44,011 nucleotides of DNA, taken from Bacteroidia bacterium. Lineage in GTDB: Bacteria; Bacteroidota; Bacteroidia; AKYH767-A; OLB10. The DNA is taken from positions 1-44,011 of the forward strand of contig DATEMK010000564.1 in assembly GCA_035275625.1 (NCBI GenBank), read 5' to 3'. The notes below the pieces were generated by a model that was not told where the DNA came from, did not search any database, and was given only the letters and a program-made list of their open reading frames with translations. Of this stretch, positions 1 through 9,748 are shown one piece after another. The translations under genes were made by a program, and so were the position numbers. Position 1 is the first letter of the stretch, and each line of letters starts with the position of its first letter.

Positions 1-24
1 CTGGTTCGAGCCCAGGAGGGGGAG
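1..24 (+). tRNA. 3' end of a tRNA gene (T-arm plus acceptor 3' strand; the rest is off-window)
   Basis: The window opens in a T-arm: stem CTGG / loop TTCGAGC / stem CCAG(G). This is followed by the 7-nt acceptor strand AGGGGGA and discriminator G. No CCA is encoded. A terminator hairpin follows directly. The anticodon is off-window, so the identity is unknown. Confidence 0.5.
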
Positions 25-27
25 CAA

Positions 28-56
28 CCGTAGTAATTCGTTACTGCGGTTTTTTT
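28..56 (+). terminator. Rho-independent terminator after the tRNA
   Basis: Stem CCGTAGTAA / TTACTGCGG (9 bp including one G-U pair), loop TTCG, then a run of 7 T. Confidence 0.7.
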
Positions 57-119
57 ATTGCAAAAAAATTTAAGAAGAATTTTTAAAGGGGTGCATCCCG
101 GTTGTTATCGGGAGGGTCC

Positions 120-145
120 CTGATTCGAGCCTTGGAGAGGGAGCT
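120..145 (+). repeat. Degenerate direct copy of the tRNA 3' end (not a functional tRNA)
   Basis: CTGATTCGAGCCTTGGAGAGGGAGCT aligns without gaps to positions 1-26 (CTGGTTCGAGCCCAGGAGGGGGAGCA), 21 of 26 identical. The T-stem pairing is broken and no upstream tRNA body is present. Confidence 0.45.
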
Positions 146-150
146 TAAAT

Positions 151-175
151 CGGTGGCATACTCACCGCTTTTTTC
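151..175 (+). terminator. Possible weak terminator after the tRNA-like copy
   Basis: Stem CGGTG / CACCG (5 bp), 7-nt loop, then CTTTTTTC. Confidence 0.4.
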
Positions 176-176
176 T

Positions 177-184
177 TAGCTTTG
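177..184 (+). promoter_or_regulatory. Candidate Bacteroidota -7 box (TAGCTTTG) for the PfkB kinase gene
   Basis: Exact match to the TAnnTTTG consensus, 52 nt upstream of ATG 236. No clear -33 TTG was checked. Confidence 0.35.
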
Positions 185-203
185 CAGGCTTTTTCAAGCT
201 CAA

Positions 204-231
204 AACTTCAAACTTCAAACTTCAAACCCTT
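204..231. repeat. Heptamer stutter (AACTTCA x3 plus one degenerate unit) in the 5' leader
   Basis: AACTTCA AACTTCA AACTTCA AACCCTT, ending 4 nt before ATG 236. Confidence 0.9.
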
Positions 232-235
232 TCAC

Positions 236-1159
236 ATGAGCCTTCTCGTTGTCGGCACCGTAGCCTTTGATGCCATTGAAACACCTTTCGGAAAAACGGA
301 TAAAATAGTTGGCGGAGCTGCCACGTATGCCTCGCTTGCAGCCTCTTATTTTACAAAAAACATAAATCTTGTTTCGGTGGTGGGTGATGATTTTCCGGCT
401 GACGTGATAAAGAAGTTTAACAAGCATGGAATCAATACTGACGGCTTGCAGATCAAGAAAGGCGAAAAATCTTTTTTCTGGAGTGGAAAATACCACAACG
501 ATATGAACACAAGGGATACGCTTGACACACAATTGAATGTCCTTGCCGATTTTGATCCCCTTATTCCTGAACTTTACCAGGATTGCGAGTTTTTAATGCT
601 GGGTAATTTAATGCCACGCGTTCAGCAGCAAGTGATGGATCGTATGACGAAACGTCCTAAGCTTATTGTGATGGATACAATGAATTTCTGGATGGAAATT
701 GCCTGGGATGAATTAATGAATACCATAAAACGTGTGGATGTGCTTACTGTTAACGATGCAGAAGCACGCCAGCTTACCAATGAATATTCACTTGTAAAAG
801 CTGCGCAAAAAATTCTGCAGATGGGTCCCCGGTATCTTGTCATAAAAAAAGGCGAACACGGTGCTTTACTGTTTTTTGAAGAACAGGTTTTTTTCGCACC
901 TGCGCTGCCGTTAGAAGATGTATTTGATCCCACCGGAGCCGGTGATACCTTTGCCGGAGGCTTTATAGGTTATCTTGCCCGCACAAAAGATGTTTCTTTT
1001 GAAAACATGAAACGCGGAATTATTTACGGCTCTGCAATGGCATCTTTTTGCGTGGAAAAATTCGGCACCGAACGTATCATTGAACTTAAGCAGGAAGAAG
1101 TGGAAGAGCGCGTGCAGGAATTTGTAGATTTGGTGCAGTTTGATATCACGCTGGTGTAA
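236..1159 (+). CDS. PfkB-family carbohydrate/nucleoside kinase
   Basis: ORF 182..1159. The first ATG is at 236 (MSLLVVGTVAFD...). PfkB signature DPTGAGDTFAGGFIGYLA lies near the C-terminus. Confidence 0.88.
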   Translation: MSLLVVGTVAFDAIETPFGKTDKIVGGAATYASLAASYFTKNINLVSVVGDDFPADVIKKFNKHGINTDGLQIKKGEKSFFWSGKYHNDMNTRDTLDTQLNVLADFDPLIPELYQDCEFLMLGNLMPRVQQQVMDRMTKRPKLIVMDTMNFWMEIAWDELMNTIKRVDVLTVNDAEARQLTNEYSLVKAAQKILQMGPRYLVIKKGEHGALLFFEEQVFFAPALPLEDVFDPTGAGDTFAGGFIGYLARTKDVSFENMKRGIIYGSAMASFCVEKFGTERIIELKQEEVEERVQEFVDLVQFDITLV

Positions 1160-1196
1160 GCCATCAACGAATTTTCCAAATTTCAATTTCTATCTT

Positions 1197-1817
1197 CTAA
1201 AAATAATATCCTGCATATAACTGGAAAGAAGATGTTTTTGAATTCCTGAAAATGTTCAGATTTTTTTCGGATGTATATGGTTTCCCGATTTCATACATTC
1301 CGTGATTGAAACGAATTCCTAAATCCCATCTTTTAAGCTGCAATCCCCCGGAATAGATAAGGCCGTAATCAATATCATAAAAGTTTTTCCGGTTCATTGC
1401 ATCATTGATGTTATTGTTTGATATGGTTGAATTTGCAAGGTAAGAAATGTAAGGCCCTGCCTGCAGATATACTTTTCTGCAACTTACTCTTCCTGTTATT
1501 GCTAATTCAACGTACGATAGCAGCAAATTATATTGTGAATTACTTAATTCATTGTTTACATTAATATTAACATTCTGGATATTCAGATTTATTTCAGGCT
1601 GCAGTGAAAAATGCTTTGAGAGTGCCGCATTACTGAATATTCCCAGGTTAAACCCGGGCGCAGTTTTTAAGTTTGCTTCCTTAATATTGTAGTTTGTAAC
1701 ATTGACGCCAAATTTTACTCCCAATGATGCGCCTTCATCATGAGATTGTGCAGGCAGATTGTAACCTGGAAGCAAGCTGGCGAACAATAACCAAATGGAT
1801 TTTTTTAAATGCTTCAT
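1197..1817 (-). CDS. Small outer-membrane beta-barrel (porin-family) protein
   Basis: N-terminal signal peptide (MKHLKKSIWLLFASLL...AQ), alternating beta-strand pattern, and an aromatic C-terminus ...QLYAGYYF typical of OMP barrels. Confidence 0.65.
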   Translation of the reverse strand: MKHLKKSIWLLFASLLPGYNLPAQSHDEGASLGVKFGVNVTNYNIKEANLKTAPGFNLGIFSNAALSKHFSLQPEINLNIQNVNINVNNELSNSQYNLLLSYVELAITGRVSCRKVYLQAGPYISYLANSTISNNNINDAMNRKNFYDIDYGLIYSGGLQLKRWDLGIRFNHGMYEIGKPYTSEKNLNIFRNSKTSSFQLYAGYYF

Positions 1818-2037
1818 GTGATATTAAATTTAACTTTCCTGTATTTTCAGGCTATTATATCCAACGTCAGTTTTTACCTTTTGTTATTAAAGAGTTTTTA
1901 TTATAATTCTAAAAAAACATGCCATTGAAAATTGTTTAAAGCCTGAAACTTGCTTAAATATTGAATTACAGCGATTCAGGCGGGTTTTAAACTTAAACCA
2001 TTGCTTTTTATTATTTAAGATTAAAGCTTCAAACTTT

Positions 2038-2045
2038 TATCTTTG
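2038..2045 (+). promoter_or_regulatory. Candidate -7 box (TATCTTTG) for xth
   Basis: Exact TAnnTTTG match 15 nt upstream of ATG 2061. Confidence 0.3.
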
Positions 2046-2060
2046 GAAAAAAATTCAATT

Positions 2061-2840
2061 ATGCCCAACGGAAACTTCCGAATTCTCTGCTGGAATATTA
2101 ACGGCATCCGCGCTGCCTGGAAAAAAGATTTCCCGGCATGGTTTGCCAAAGAATCGCCTGATATTCTTTGCTTGCAGGAAACCAAAGCACAGCAGGATCA
2201 GCTTGCCGCTGAGATTATCAACTTTGGCGGTTACAAAAGCTATTTTTTTGCTGCCGAGAAAAAGGGATATTCAGGAGTTGGTGTTTACACAAAGCATAAA
2301 CCGCTGAAAGCAAAAGCCGGTTTTAAGAACCCGGTTTTTGATGCTGAAGGAAGGGTGATTGAATTGGAATTTGAAAAATTTGTTTTGTTCAATGTTTATT
2401 TTCCAAACGGAGGACGGGGACCTGAACGTGTAAAGTACAAGCTTGATTTTTATGCTGAGCTTTTCAAGCGGTGTGAAGAAATCCGCAAGACAAAAAAGAA
2501 CATTATAATCTGCGGGGATTATAACACAGCACATAAAGAAATTGATTTAGCCCGTCCAAAGGAAAACCAGTTTACTTCAGGGTTCTTGGCTGAAGAGAGA
2601 GCCTGGATTGACAAGATTGTTGAAATGAATTATATTGATATTTTCAGGGAATACAACAAAGAGCCTGCTCAATACACTTACTGGGATCAGATTACCCGTG
2701 CCCGTGAAAGAAATGTCGGCTGGCGGATTGATTATTTTTTTATTTCAAAAGAAGCGCGCGACCTTGTTACCAATGCTAAGATTCATTCAAGTGTTATGGG
2801 AAGTGATCACTGCCCAATTGAACTGGAGCTTAGTCTTTAA
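2061..2840 (+). CDS. xth: Exodeoxyribonuclease III
   Basis: Motifs WNINGIRA, LCLQETK, GDYNTAH and SDHCP of the ExoIII/APE1 family. ATG at 2061 (MPNGNFRIL...) lies inside the longer TTG-initiated ORF. Confidence 0.93.
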   Translation: MPNGNFRILCWNINGIRAAWKKDFPAWFAKESPDILCLQETKAQQDQLAAEIINFGGYKSYFFAAEKKGYSGVGVYTKHKPLKAKAGFKNPVFDAEGRVIELEFEKFVLFNVYFPNGGRGPERVKYKLDFYAELFKRCEEIRKTKKNIIICGDYNTAHKEIDLARPKENQFTSGFLAEERAWIDKIVEMNYIDIFREYNKEPAQYTYWDQITRARERNVGWRIDYFFISKEARDLVTNAKIHSSVMGSDHCPIELELSL

Positions 2841-2871
2841 TATCTATTGCAAAATTGTTAAATGATACCAT

Positions 2872-2910
2872 AACAATTTAACAATTTAGCAATTTGACAA
2901 TCATTCAATC
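2872..2910. repeat. Octamer stutter (AACAATTT family)
   Basis: AACAATTT AACAATTT AGCAATTT GACAATCA TTCAATC, between convergent xth and the SET-domain gene. The same word recurs at 13103-13142. Confidence 0.85.
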
Positions 2911-3370
2911 AAACATTCTTCTTTTTCAACTTTTCCCTTTTTTCACTTGCCTCAAGTCTTCTATTATATTTGATATCACTCCAGTATTCCGCTCCGTAGC
3001 CAACAAGTATCTCAGAATACGGTGGAATATTTTTGAATGAATAGATATAGCATTTGTTCCCGACAATTTTATAAGAAGAATTATTTAAAAGCCCTTTTTG
3101 TGTTTTTATTCCTTTTGCATCATTTGCGTAACGCGCTAATGCTTCAGGATGATTGTATGCATCTATACAACGGTTTTTATTTATGTAAAATAAATACCCG
3201 TAGCGGTTTTTTTGTACACGCTCATCATATTCTTTATAAGAAATTATATCGCCCGTATATTCCACAATGCGGGTTCCTTTCTTAATGAATTTATCCGTAA
3301 ACAATCCTTTTCCTGCATGAGGCAAAGAAGATTTTTTTACATAAAGCATGCAAAGATTTTTTATCTCCAA
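2909..3370 (-). CDS. SET-domain protein (putative protein-lysine methyltransferase)
   Basis: GKGLFT...GTRIVEYTGDIISYKEY, ...ARYANDA..., ...ILVGYGAEYW match the SET core and post-SET pattern. Confidence 0.8.
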   Translation of the reverse strand: MEIKNLCMLYVKKSSLPHAGKGLFTDKFIKKGTRIVEYTGDIISYKEYDERVQKNRYGYLFYINKNRCIDAYNHPEALARYANDAKGIKTQKGLLNNSSYKIVGNKCYIYSFKNIPPYSEILVGYGAEYWSDIKYNRRLEASEKREKLKKKNV

Positions 3371-3380
3371 TGGTAAATTT

Positions 3381-4028
3381 TTATACTGAATAAAATTCCA
3401 TGACCATCAGCTCGATTGCAAATCCTATAAACAGCCCGGCATAAATCTGCATTTGCGTATGTGTTCCGCGAATGAGCCGTGCCGTCCCGATCAATCCTGA
3501 AAGTAAGATCAAAATTATAAATGGTATTGTAACCGGGATGTATAATATTTCGGATAGCCCCCATGTGAGTCCTAACACGCCTCCTATTCCCATCGTATGA
3601 ACGCTGACTTTCCATTTCAGATTGATGAAAAATCCTGCAACGATAACTAACGCAGCGCCTAAAATAATGAGGGGGAAAAAAGCCGGAACCGGAAGCATTT
3701 TCAGCAAATAAAAAGCAATGAGATAAAAAAATATGGTTGCGATATAGGGTATTTTCCTTTCTTCTTTCTTTTCCAATTCAAGAGAGCCGACTATTTTTTT
3801 TTGTACAAGAAACATGGTAAACAAAACCGGCATCACAAAAGTGGTGATGAATACAACGATGAAAATGATCCGTTGCAGTTGCGGAGAAATACTGTAAGAA
3901 ATATAAGCCGGCAAATTAAAAATTAACAGCATCGAATAAAAAGGCATCATCAACGGATGAAATACATAAGATAAAATATTTGCTGCAGTACGGGACAAAG
4001 GAAAGTTAATGTTAAAATCGGGGTGCAA
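3381..4028 (-). CDS. Polytopic membrane protein, PAP2-like (tentative)
   Basis: About 6 hydrophobic helices. SVHTMG and ARLIRGTHTQMQ resemble the PSGH and SRxxxxxH motifs of PAP2 phosphatases. The first motif is unclear. Confidence 0.5.
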   Translation of the reverse strand: MHPDFNINFPLSRTAANILSYVFHPLMMPFYSMLLIFNLPAYISYSISPQLQRIIFIVVFITTFVMPVLFTMFLVQKKIVGSLELEKKEERKIPYIATIFFYLIAFYLLKMLPVPAFFPLIILGAALVIVAGFFINLKWKVSVHTMGIGGVLGLTWGLSEILYIPVTIPFIILILLSGLIGTARLIRGTHTQMQIYAGLFIGFAIELMVMEFYSV

Positions 4029-4073
4029 TATGAAATAAGAGGCGCAAAAATAGAGAATATGAGCCTGAAAAAG

Positions 4074-5585
4074 TTAAAGCTCTTTTCTTAACCTTGCAAC
4101 AGGAATATTCAATTGTTCGCGATATTTGGCAATAGTTCTCCGGGCGATATTATAGCCTTTATCTTTAAGAAGTTTTGCAAGCTTGTCATCCGGGAGCGGT
4201 TTCATTTTGTCTTCGTTTGAAATAGCATCGCTGAGAATTTTCTTCACTTCGCGGCTGGAAACTTCTTCTCCGGCCTCAGTTGACATGCCTTCTGAAAAAA
4301 AAGTTTTCAATAAAAAAGTTCCGAAAGGAGTTTGCACATATTTACTGTTTGCCACCCGTGAAACGGTAGAAATATCCAGTCCCACAATCTCTGCAATATC
4401 TTTAAGGATCATCGGCTTCAATAGCTTTTCATCTCCTTCGAGAAAATATTCTTTCTGGTAATTCATGATGGCCGACATGGTGTTCATGAGTGTAAACTGG
4501 CGCTGCTGTATAGCATCAATAAACCATTTGGCCGCATCTACTTTTTGCTTTACAAATGTCAATGCTTCCCTGTTTGTTTTTTTATGGGTTTTATCTTTAG
4601 AATAGGTCTGCAGCATTTCCATATAAGCTTTGCTCAAATGAAGATCAGGCGCATTTTTGGAATTCAGGCTCAGATCAAGTATCCCGTCATTATTTGCAAT
4701 CAGGAAATCGGGGATGACCGCCTCGCTTGATTTGCTGTCAATGGCAAAATTGCTTCCCGGCCGGGGATTTAATTTTAATATTTCATGAATGGCATCTTTT
4801 AAATGTTCATCATCCAGGTTAAGGGCGCTTGCAATTTTTGTATAATGCTTTTTAGAAAATTCATCCATGTATTCACGCACAATTCTTTTTGCAATAACAG
4901 CAATTTTATCATGCTCATCCTTTCGCTCCAGCTGAAGCATCAGGCATTCCTGCAAATCGCGTGCACCCACGCCTGCCGGATCAAAAGTTTGGATTACTTT
5001 CAACACTTCCAGCAGTTCCTCTTTTGTGGCGGTAACGTTTTGTGAAAATGCAAGATCATCAACAATGGCATCAAGGTCTCTTCTCAAATATCCGTCATCA
5101 TCAAGACTGCCGATCAGTTGCAGTCCTACCTGGTAAGTGCGGTCATCCAATTCGCAAATTCCTAATTGTGCAATCTGGTTTTCCTGGAAAGAGCCTAAAG
5201 CGCTGATAGGGATTTCGGTACGTTCTTCATCAGGAGAAGTATTATTTACATTGGTTTTATAATAAGGAACATCTTCATCCACCATGTATTCATCAATGTC
5301 AAAATCATCCTTGCGCTGATCGTCACCTGAATCGGCATCAAAATCTGTTTCAAAATCTTTTACTTCTTCTTCATCCTTCTCCTCAATATCTTCCAATGAA
5401 TCTTCTTCGTTTTGCAATTCCTGTTCCTCCTCATCCATTCCTTCTTCCAAAGCAGGATTGATTTCCAGCTCTTCTTTGATGCGTTGCTCTAAAGCAGCAG
5501 CCGGCACCTGCAACAGCTTCATAAGCTGAATCTGCTGTGGCGAAAGCTTTTGTAATAACCGTTGCTGAAAGCCTTGTTTTAACAT
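4074..5585 (-). CDS. rpoN: RNA polymerase sigma-54 factor
   Basis: N-terminal Gln-rich region, an acidic region, and a C-terminal RpoN box ARRTIAKYREQL. Confidence 0.95.
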   Translation of the reverse strand: MLKQGFQQRLLQKLSPQQIQLMKLLQVPAAALEQRIKEELEINPALEEGMDEEEQELQNEEDSLEDIEEKDEEEVKDFETDFDADSGDDQRKDDFDIDEYMVDEDVPYYKTNVNNTSPDEERTEIPISALGSFQENQIAQLGICELDDRTYQVGLQLIGSLDDDGYLRRDLDAIVDDLAFSQNVTATKEELLEVLKVIQTFDPAGVGARDLQECLMLQLERKDEHDKIAVIAKRIVREYMDEFSKKHYTKIASALNLDDEHLKDAIHEILKLNPRPGSNFAIDSKSSEAVIPDFLIANNDGILDLSLNSKNAPDLHLSKAYMEMLQTYSKDKTHKKTNREALTFVKQKVDAAKWFIDAIQQRQFTLMNTMSAIMNYQKEYFLEGDEKLLKPMILKDIAEIVGLDISTVSRVANSKYVQTPFGTFLLKTFFSEGMSTEAGEEVSSREVKKILSDAISNEDKMKPLPDDKLAKLLKDKGYNIARRTIAKYREQLNIPVARLRKEL

Positions 5586-5743
5586 GTTTCAAAAATAATG
5601 AATTAAAGATAATTTTTTGGTTGTACGATGAATACAGCTTTTGGTTTTTATCTTATACCTTTTAAGTACAAAAAAAATGTAATTGTGTAAGATTATTAAT
5701 AAATTGAATTAAAAGTAAAGATTTTGATCTGCAAAAGTTGATT

Positions 5744-7129
5744 TCAAAATTCAGCATTCATCGGAGTACGTGGAAAAGGAATCACATCACGAATGTTGGT
5801 CATCCCGGTGACAAATAATATAAGGCGTTCAAAACCCAGGCCGAAACCAGCATGAGGTACTGTTCCATATTTACGTGTTTCAAGATACCACCACATGCTT
5901 TCTTCAGGAATTTTCATTTCCTTAATTCTGCTGTACAGCCTGTCATAATTTTCTTCCCGCTGCGATCCTCCGATGATTTCTCCTATCCATGGAAATAAAA
6001 TATCCATTGCCCGCACTGTTCTTCCATCTTCATTCTGCTTCATGTAAAATGCTTTAATCTCTTTCGGATAATCGGTGAGGATAACAGGGCATTTGAAATG
6101 ATCTACCAAAAAATTTTCGTGTTCCTTCTGCAGATCAGTTCCCCAACTGACCGGAAATTCAAATTTTTTATCCGATCCTTTTAATATTTCAACGGCTTCT
6201 GTATAAGTGAGTCGCTGGAAATCTTTGCTGACAACCGATTGTAATCTTGTGATCAATTCCTTGTCATACATTTTATTTAAGAATTGCAAATCATCCATGC
6301 AGTTGTCAAGAGCATATTGGACAAGATATTTTAACATGTCTTCGGCAAGATCCATGTTGTCCTTGATATCATAAAAAGCCATTTCGGGTTCAATCATCCA
6401 GAATTCTGCAAGATGGCGCGGTGTGTTTGAATTCTCCGCACGAAATGTCGGACCGAAGGTGTAAACCAATCCCAGGGCAAGCGCGGCAAGTTCTCCTTCT
6501 AATTGTCCTGAAACAGTAAGGTTGGTTTCTTTTCCAAAAAAATCTTTTTTAAAATCAATTCCCCCATTTTCGTTTCGCGGGATTTTATCCAGGTCAAGAG
6601 TGGTAACATGAAACATTTCTCCTGCACCTTCGGCATCTGAACCGGTAATGATGGGAGAATGCAAATAAAAAAATCCGCGGTCGTTAAAATATTTATGAAT
6701 TGCAAAAGCCATTGCATGGCGAATGCGGAATATCGCTCCAAAGGTGTTTGTGCGTGGACGCAGATGTGCAATCTCACGAAGAAATTCAAGCGTGTGTCCT
6801 TTTTTCTGCAAAGGAAATTTTTCAGGATCGGCAGTTCCATACACTTCAATTTCTGTTGCCTGGATTTCTACCGGCTGCTCCTGCCCCTTAGATTCTACCA
6901 AAGTTCCGGTAACTGAGACGGATGCACCGGTGGTAATTTGTTTTAAAAGTTCTTCATTAAATTTATTCGGATCGGCAACTACCTGGATGTTATGAATAAC
7001 GGAGCCGTCATTCACTGCAATAAATGCCACGTTCTTGTTGCCGCGTTTGGTACGCACCCAGCCTTTTACATTTACACTGCTGTTAAATGCAGTTGATTTT
7101 AATAATTCTTTAATAAATGTTCGTTTCAC
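5744..7129 (-). CDS. asnS: Asparagine--tRNA ligase
   Basis: Class II aaRS motifs [27 protein letters not shown] and GFGLGFERL. The ORF starts with GTG (cac on the + strand at 7127-7129). Confidence 0.95.
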   Translation of the reverse strand: MKRTFIKELLKSTAFNSSVNVKGWVRTKRGNKNVAFIAVNDGSVIHNIQVVADPNKFNEELLKQITTGASVSVTGTLVESKGQEQPVEIQATEIEVYGTADPEKFPLQKKGHTLEFLREIAHLRPRTNTFGAIFRIRHAMAFAIHKYFNDRGFFYLHSPIITGSDAEGAGEMFHVTTLDLDKIPRNENGGIDFKKDFFGKETNLTVSGQLEGELAALALGLVYTFGPTFRAENSNTPRHLAEFWMIEPEMAFYDIKDNMDLAEDMLKYLVQYALDNCMDDLQFLNKMYDKELITRLQSVVSKDFQRLTYTEAVEILKGSDKKFEFPVSWGTDLQKEHENFLVDHFKCPVILTDYPKEIKAFYMKQNEDGRTVRAMDILFPWIGEIIGGSQREENYDRLYSRIKEMKIPEESMWWYLETRKYGTVPHAGFGLGFERLILFVTGMTNIRDVIPFPRTPMNAEF

Positions 7130-7138
7130 TTTAAAAAA

Positions 7139-7201
7139 GTTTAGGGTTTAGCGTTTAAAGTTTGGGGTTAACTCTAAACCCTCAGCTCTAAACTCCAGAC
7201 A
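7139..7201. repeat. Nine phase-locked heptamers forming the asnS leader
   Basis: GTTTAGG GTTTAGC GTTTAAA GTTTGGG GTTAACT CTAAACC CTCAGCT CTAAACT CCAGACA. The two halves are imperfectly complementary. Confidence 0.85.
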
Positions 7202-7207
7202 AATTTA
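7200..7207 (-). promoter_or_regulatory. Candidate -7 box (TAAATTTG on the minus strand) for asnS
   Basis: CAAATTTA on the + strand. It overlaps the stop codon of the upstream gene and lies immediately upstream of the stutter leader. Confidence 0.3.
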
Positions 7208-8011
7208 ATTATTAAATTTTCGTTGAATTAAAGACATCAGCGATTGGTAAACTCCGGAATCTTTTTTCCAGTTGAATTTTGGGGTCAATGACTGTTCAAT
7301 AAAATTCTGAGCTTCTTCAATTGTTTTGCAATTGTTCAGAAAATCTATGCTTTCATTATAATCCTGCAAATGTCCGTCAAAAAGCTCATTTACGAATTTG
7401 AATTTTTCATTGATGCCGATTGACTTTTTCAAGTCCACCACAGGTTGGCTTTGCAATTTTTCATTCCAGCTTTTATCTTCTTTTGATTTCGTAATTTTAT
7501 CGTGAACCGTTTGCTTGCCTTCAAACTTATTTGTCACAACTGTTGCTTCTTCAAAAAGATTTCCGCTTTTAGAAACCGGTTTTGAAGTTTTATTAATTAC
7601 AAGCGTTCTTTCTTCCATAATTTTCTGATCAACAGGAGCAGAAATTTTTTCTTCCACTTCTTCCATCTTTATTTCCTGTATAATTTCCGGAGCTGTTTTT
7701 ATTTCATCATGCCTTGATTCAATTTCTGCAATGATTTCTTTTTTTTCAGGTTCAGTAATTTGTATTTCCGGAATTTTTAAATCTTCCGGTTTCATTTCAT
7801 CAATAATCAATTCTTGCTTTTGAATTACAGTTTCTGAACTATTGATTTTGTTCAATTGCAATAATGCTTCATAAAGATTGCGTGTGTTGCTTAAAAGAAT
7901 ATCCAGTTCAATTTGGGGGAGCTTTCCTTCCTTAGTTCTGATAAGTTGATATTGCTCCTGCAGTGTTTCAAGCAATGCAGCGATTTGTTGTTTTGTTAAT
8001 TCAGCAGTCAT
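7205..8011 (-). CDS. Hypothetical acidic/coiled-coil protein
   Basis: 268-aa ORF, Glu/Lys/Ile-rich central region, no recognised motif. Confidence 0.55.
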   Translation of the reverse strand: MTAELTKQQIAALLETLQEQYQLIRTKEGKLPQIELDILLSNTRNLYEALLQLNKINSSETVIQKQELIIDEMKPEDLKIPEIQITEPEKKEIIAEIESRHDEIKTAPEIIQEIKMEEVEEKISAPVDQKIMEERTLVINKTSKPVSKSGNLFEEATVVTNKFEGKQTVHDKITKSKEDKSWNEKLQSQPVVDLKKSIGINEKFKFVNELFDGHLQDYNESIDFLNNCKTIEEAQNFIEQSLTPKFNWKKDSGVYQSLMSLIQRKFNN

Positions 8012-8145
8012 TTGTTCTTTTTAATTATAACCTGAAAACCTTCAATTTATTATTTCATTCATCGAAAACCCTGAAGAATGTGCGAATTTGTAAAAAAATC
8101 CTGAGGATTTTAGCAGAATTCCGAAGGAATAAAAAAATAAATCCT

Positions 8146-8153
8146 TAGGTTTG
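8146..8153 (+). promoter_or_regulatory. Candidate -7 box (TAGGTTTG) for the radical SAM gene
   Basis: Exact TAnnTTTG match 27 nt upstream of ATG 8180. Confidence 0.3.
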
Positions 8154-8179
8154 CTTTATAAAGTCCCTCATCCTGCACC

Positions 8180-9721
8180 ATGCGTATCCTGCTCGTTTAT
8201 CCTGAAATGCCCGATACCTTTTATGCCATGAAGCATTTTATGGAAGTGGTGGATAAAAAAGCTGCGTATCCTCCTCTCGGGTTGCTCACCGTTGCATCGC
8301 TGCTGCCGGGCGAATGGGAAAAGAAGCTGGTTGATCTTAACGTAAATCCTCTTGAAGATAAAGAGCTCCGGTGGGCAGACTATGTTTTTCTTTCTGCCAT
8401 GAACGTGCAGGAAAATTCTGTGCGCGAAATTATGGCACGCTGTAAAAAAGCAAGGGTAAAAATTGTCGCAGGCGGGTCGCTGTTCACCCATGAATACGAA
8501 CGCTTTCCGGGCATTGAACATTTTGTGCTCAATGAAGCTGAAATAACATTGCTCCCGTTTTTGAACGACCTCAAAAATGGAAACCCTAAGCACCTTTATC
8601 AATCCCCTGATTATGCCAATGTGGAAACTTCACCGTTGCCATCTTTTGAACTGGTTGATATGAGCAAATATCTTTATGCAATTGTGCAGTATTCAAGAGG
8701 CTGTCCTTATATGTGTGATTTCTGTGATGTCACTGCGCTGTTCGGAAGACGCCCGCGCACAAAAACAGCAGAGCAGATTATTGCAGAGCTGGAAGAAATT
8801 AACAAAAACGAGGACATGCAGCTCATTCTTTTTGCTGACGACAACCTCATTGGCAATAAAAAAATTTTAAAAGACGAATTGCTGCCTGCGCTCATTGAAT
8901 GGCGAAAGAAAAAAAATCCCGGATTTTTCTTTGCCACACAGCTCACCATCAATCTCGCTGACGATGAAAAATTAATGCAGCTCATGATTGATGCCGGATT
9001 CAGGCATATATTCATCGGCATTGAAACACCGAGCGAAGAAACCCTTCACGCATCCCATAAAAATCAAAACATGAAGCGCGACATGCTCGATAACATTCAT
9101 GTGCTGCATCAAAAAGGATTTATCATCTCAGCCGGTTTCATTGTTGGTTTTGATTCTGACGATGCATCCATCTTTAACCGGCAGGTTAATTTCATTCAGC
9201 AAAGCGGCATTCCGCTTCCTATTGTAAACATATTGAAAGCGCCACCGGGAACTGATTTATACAAACGTATCAAATCCGAAAACCGTTTATCAAAACCTTT
9301 CGCTTTTGCGGAAGGCGACACCAATATAATTCCTATCATGGGTGAAAAGGAACTCTACAACGGGTTCCTGCATGTTATAGACAACATTTACCAGCCCGAC
9401 AAATCTTTTTACCGCATCAAACAATTTTTTCTCAACTACCGCTTTCCGAAAACTTCTGTAAAAATCCGCACAAGGTATAATTTAAAGCACCTTCAAATGT
9501 TGCTGATGATTATTTACAAACTCGGAATCAGGGACACCAACAGGAAATATTTCTGGAAGCTGATTTGGTGGACATTCTTTTATAATCGGAAATTTTTAGA
9601 CAAATCCATTTTCTACGGCATCATGATTTACCAGGTTTATCAAACTTATCTTAATATCCTCAGCCAGGTATCTGTTCAATTGCAGCAGGAAGCGAAAAGG
9701 GAGGAAGCGATTGCGGTTTAG
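8180..9721 (+). CDS. B12-binding domain-containing radical SAM protein
   Basis: N-terminal Rossmann-like B12-binding region, the CxxxCxxC cluster motif in YSRGCPYMCDFCDV, and a long C-terminal extension. Confidence 0.88.
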   Translation: MRILLVYPEMPDTFYAMKHFMEVVDKKAAYPPLGLLTVASLLPGEWEKKLVDLNVNPLEDKELRWADYVFLSAMNVQENSVREIMARCKKARVKIVAGGSLFTHEYERFPGIEHFVLNEAEITLLPFLNDLKNGNPKHLYQSPDYANVETSPLPSFELVDMSKYLYAIVQYSRGCPYMCDFCDVTALFGRRPRTKTAEQIIAELEEINKNEDMQLILFADDNLIGNKKILKDELLPALIEWRKKKNPGFFFATQLTINLADDEKLMQLMIDAGFRHIFIGIETPSEETLHASHKNQNMKRDMLDNIHVLHQKGFIISAGFIVGFDSDDASIFNRQVNFIQQSGIPLPIVNILKAPPGTDLYKRIKSENRLSKPFAFAEGDTNIIPIMGEKELYNGFLHVIDNIYQPDKSFYRIKQFFLNYRFPKTSVKIRTRYNLKHLQMLLMIIYKLGIRDTNRKYFWKLIWWTFFYNRKFLDKSIFYGIMIYQVYQTYLNILSQVSVQLQQEAKREEAIAV

Positions 9722-9748
9722 ATTATTTGAACTTACTAATTTGAAGCA

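Noticed and set aside
88-146. A second complete tRNA gene downstream of the first.
   Set aside because: Only about 58 nt are available. There is no matching acceptor 5' strand, and the T-stem of the copy does not pair. It is treated as a degenerate duplicate of the 3' end.
5590-5597. TATTTTTG (minus strand) as the rpoN -7 box.
   Set aside because: It lies only 5 nt from the ATG, too close to serve as a -7 element for this start. It is probably a chance match in an A/T-rich leader.
8168-8602. 144-aa minus-strand ORF overlapping the 5' part of the radical SAM gene. The same applies to 19226..19657 overlapping the TMEM175-like and Omp28-like genes.
   Set aside because: These overlap better-supported genes on the other strand and their products are Cys/His/Arg-rich nonsense-like sequences.
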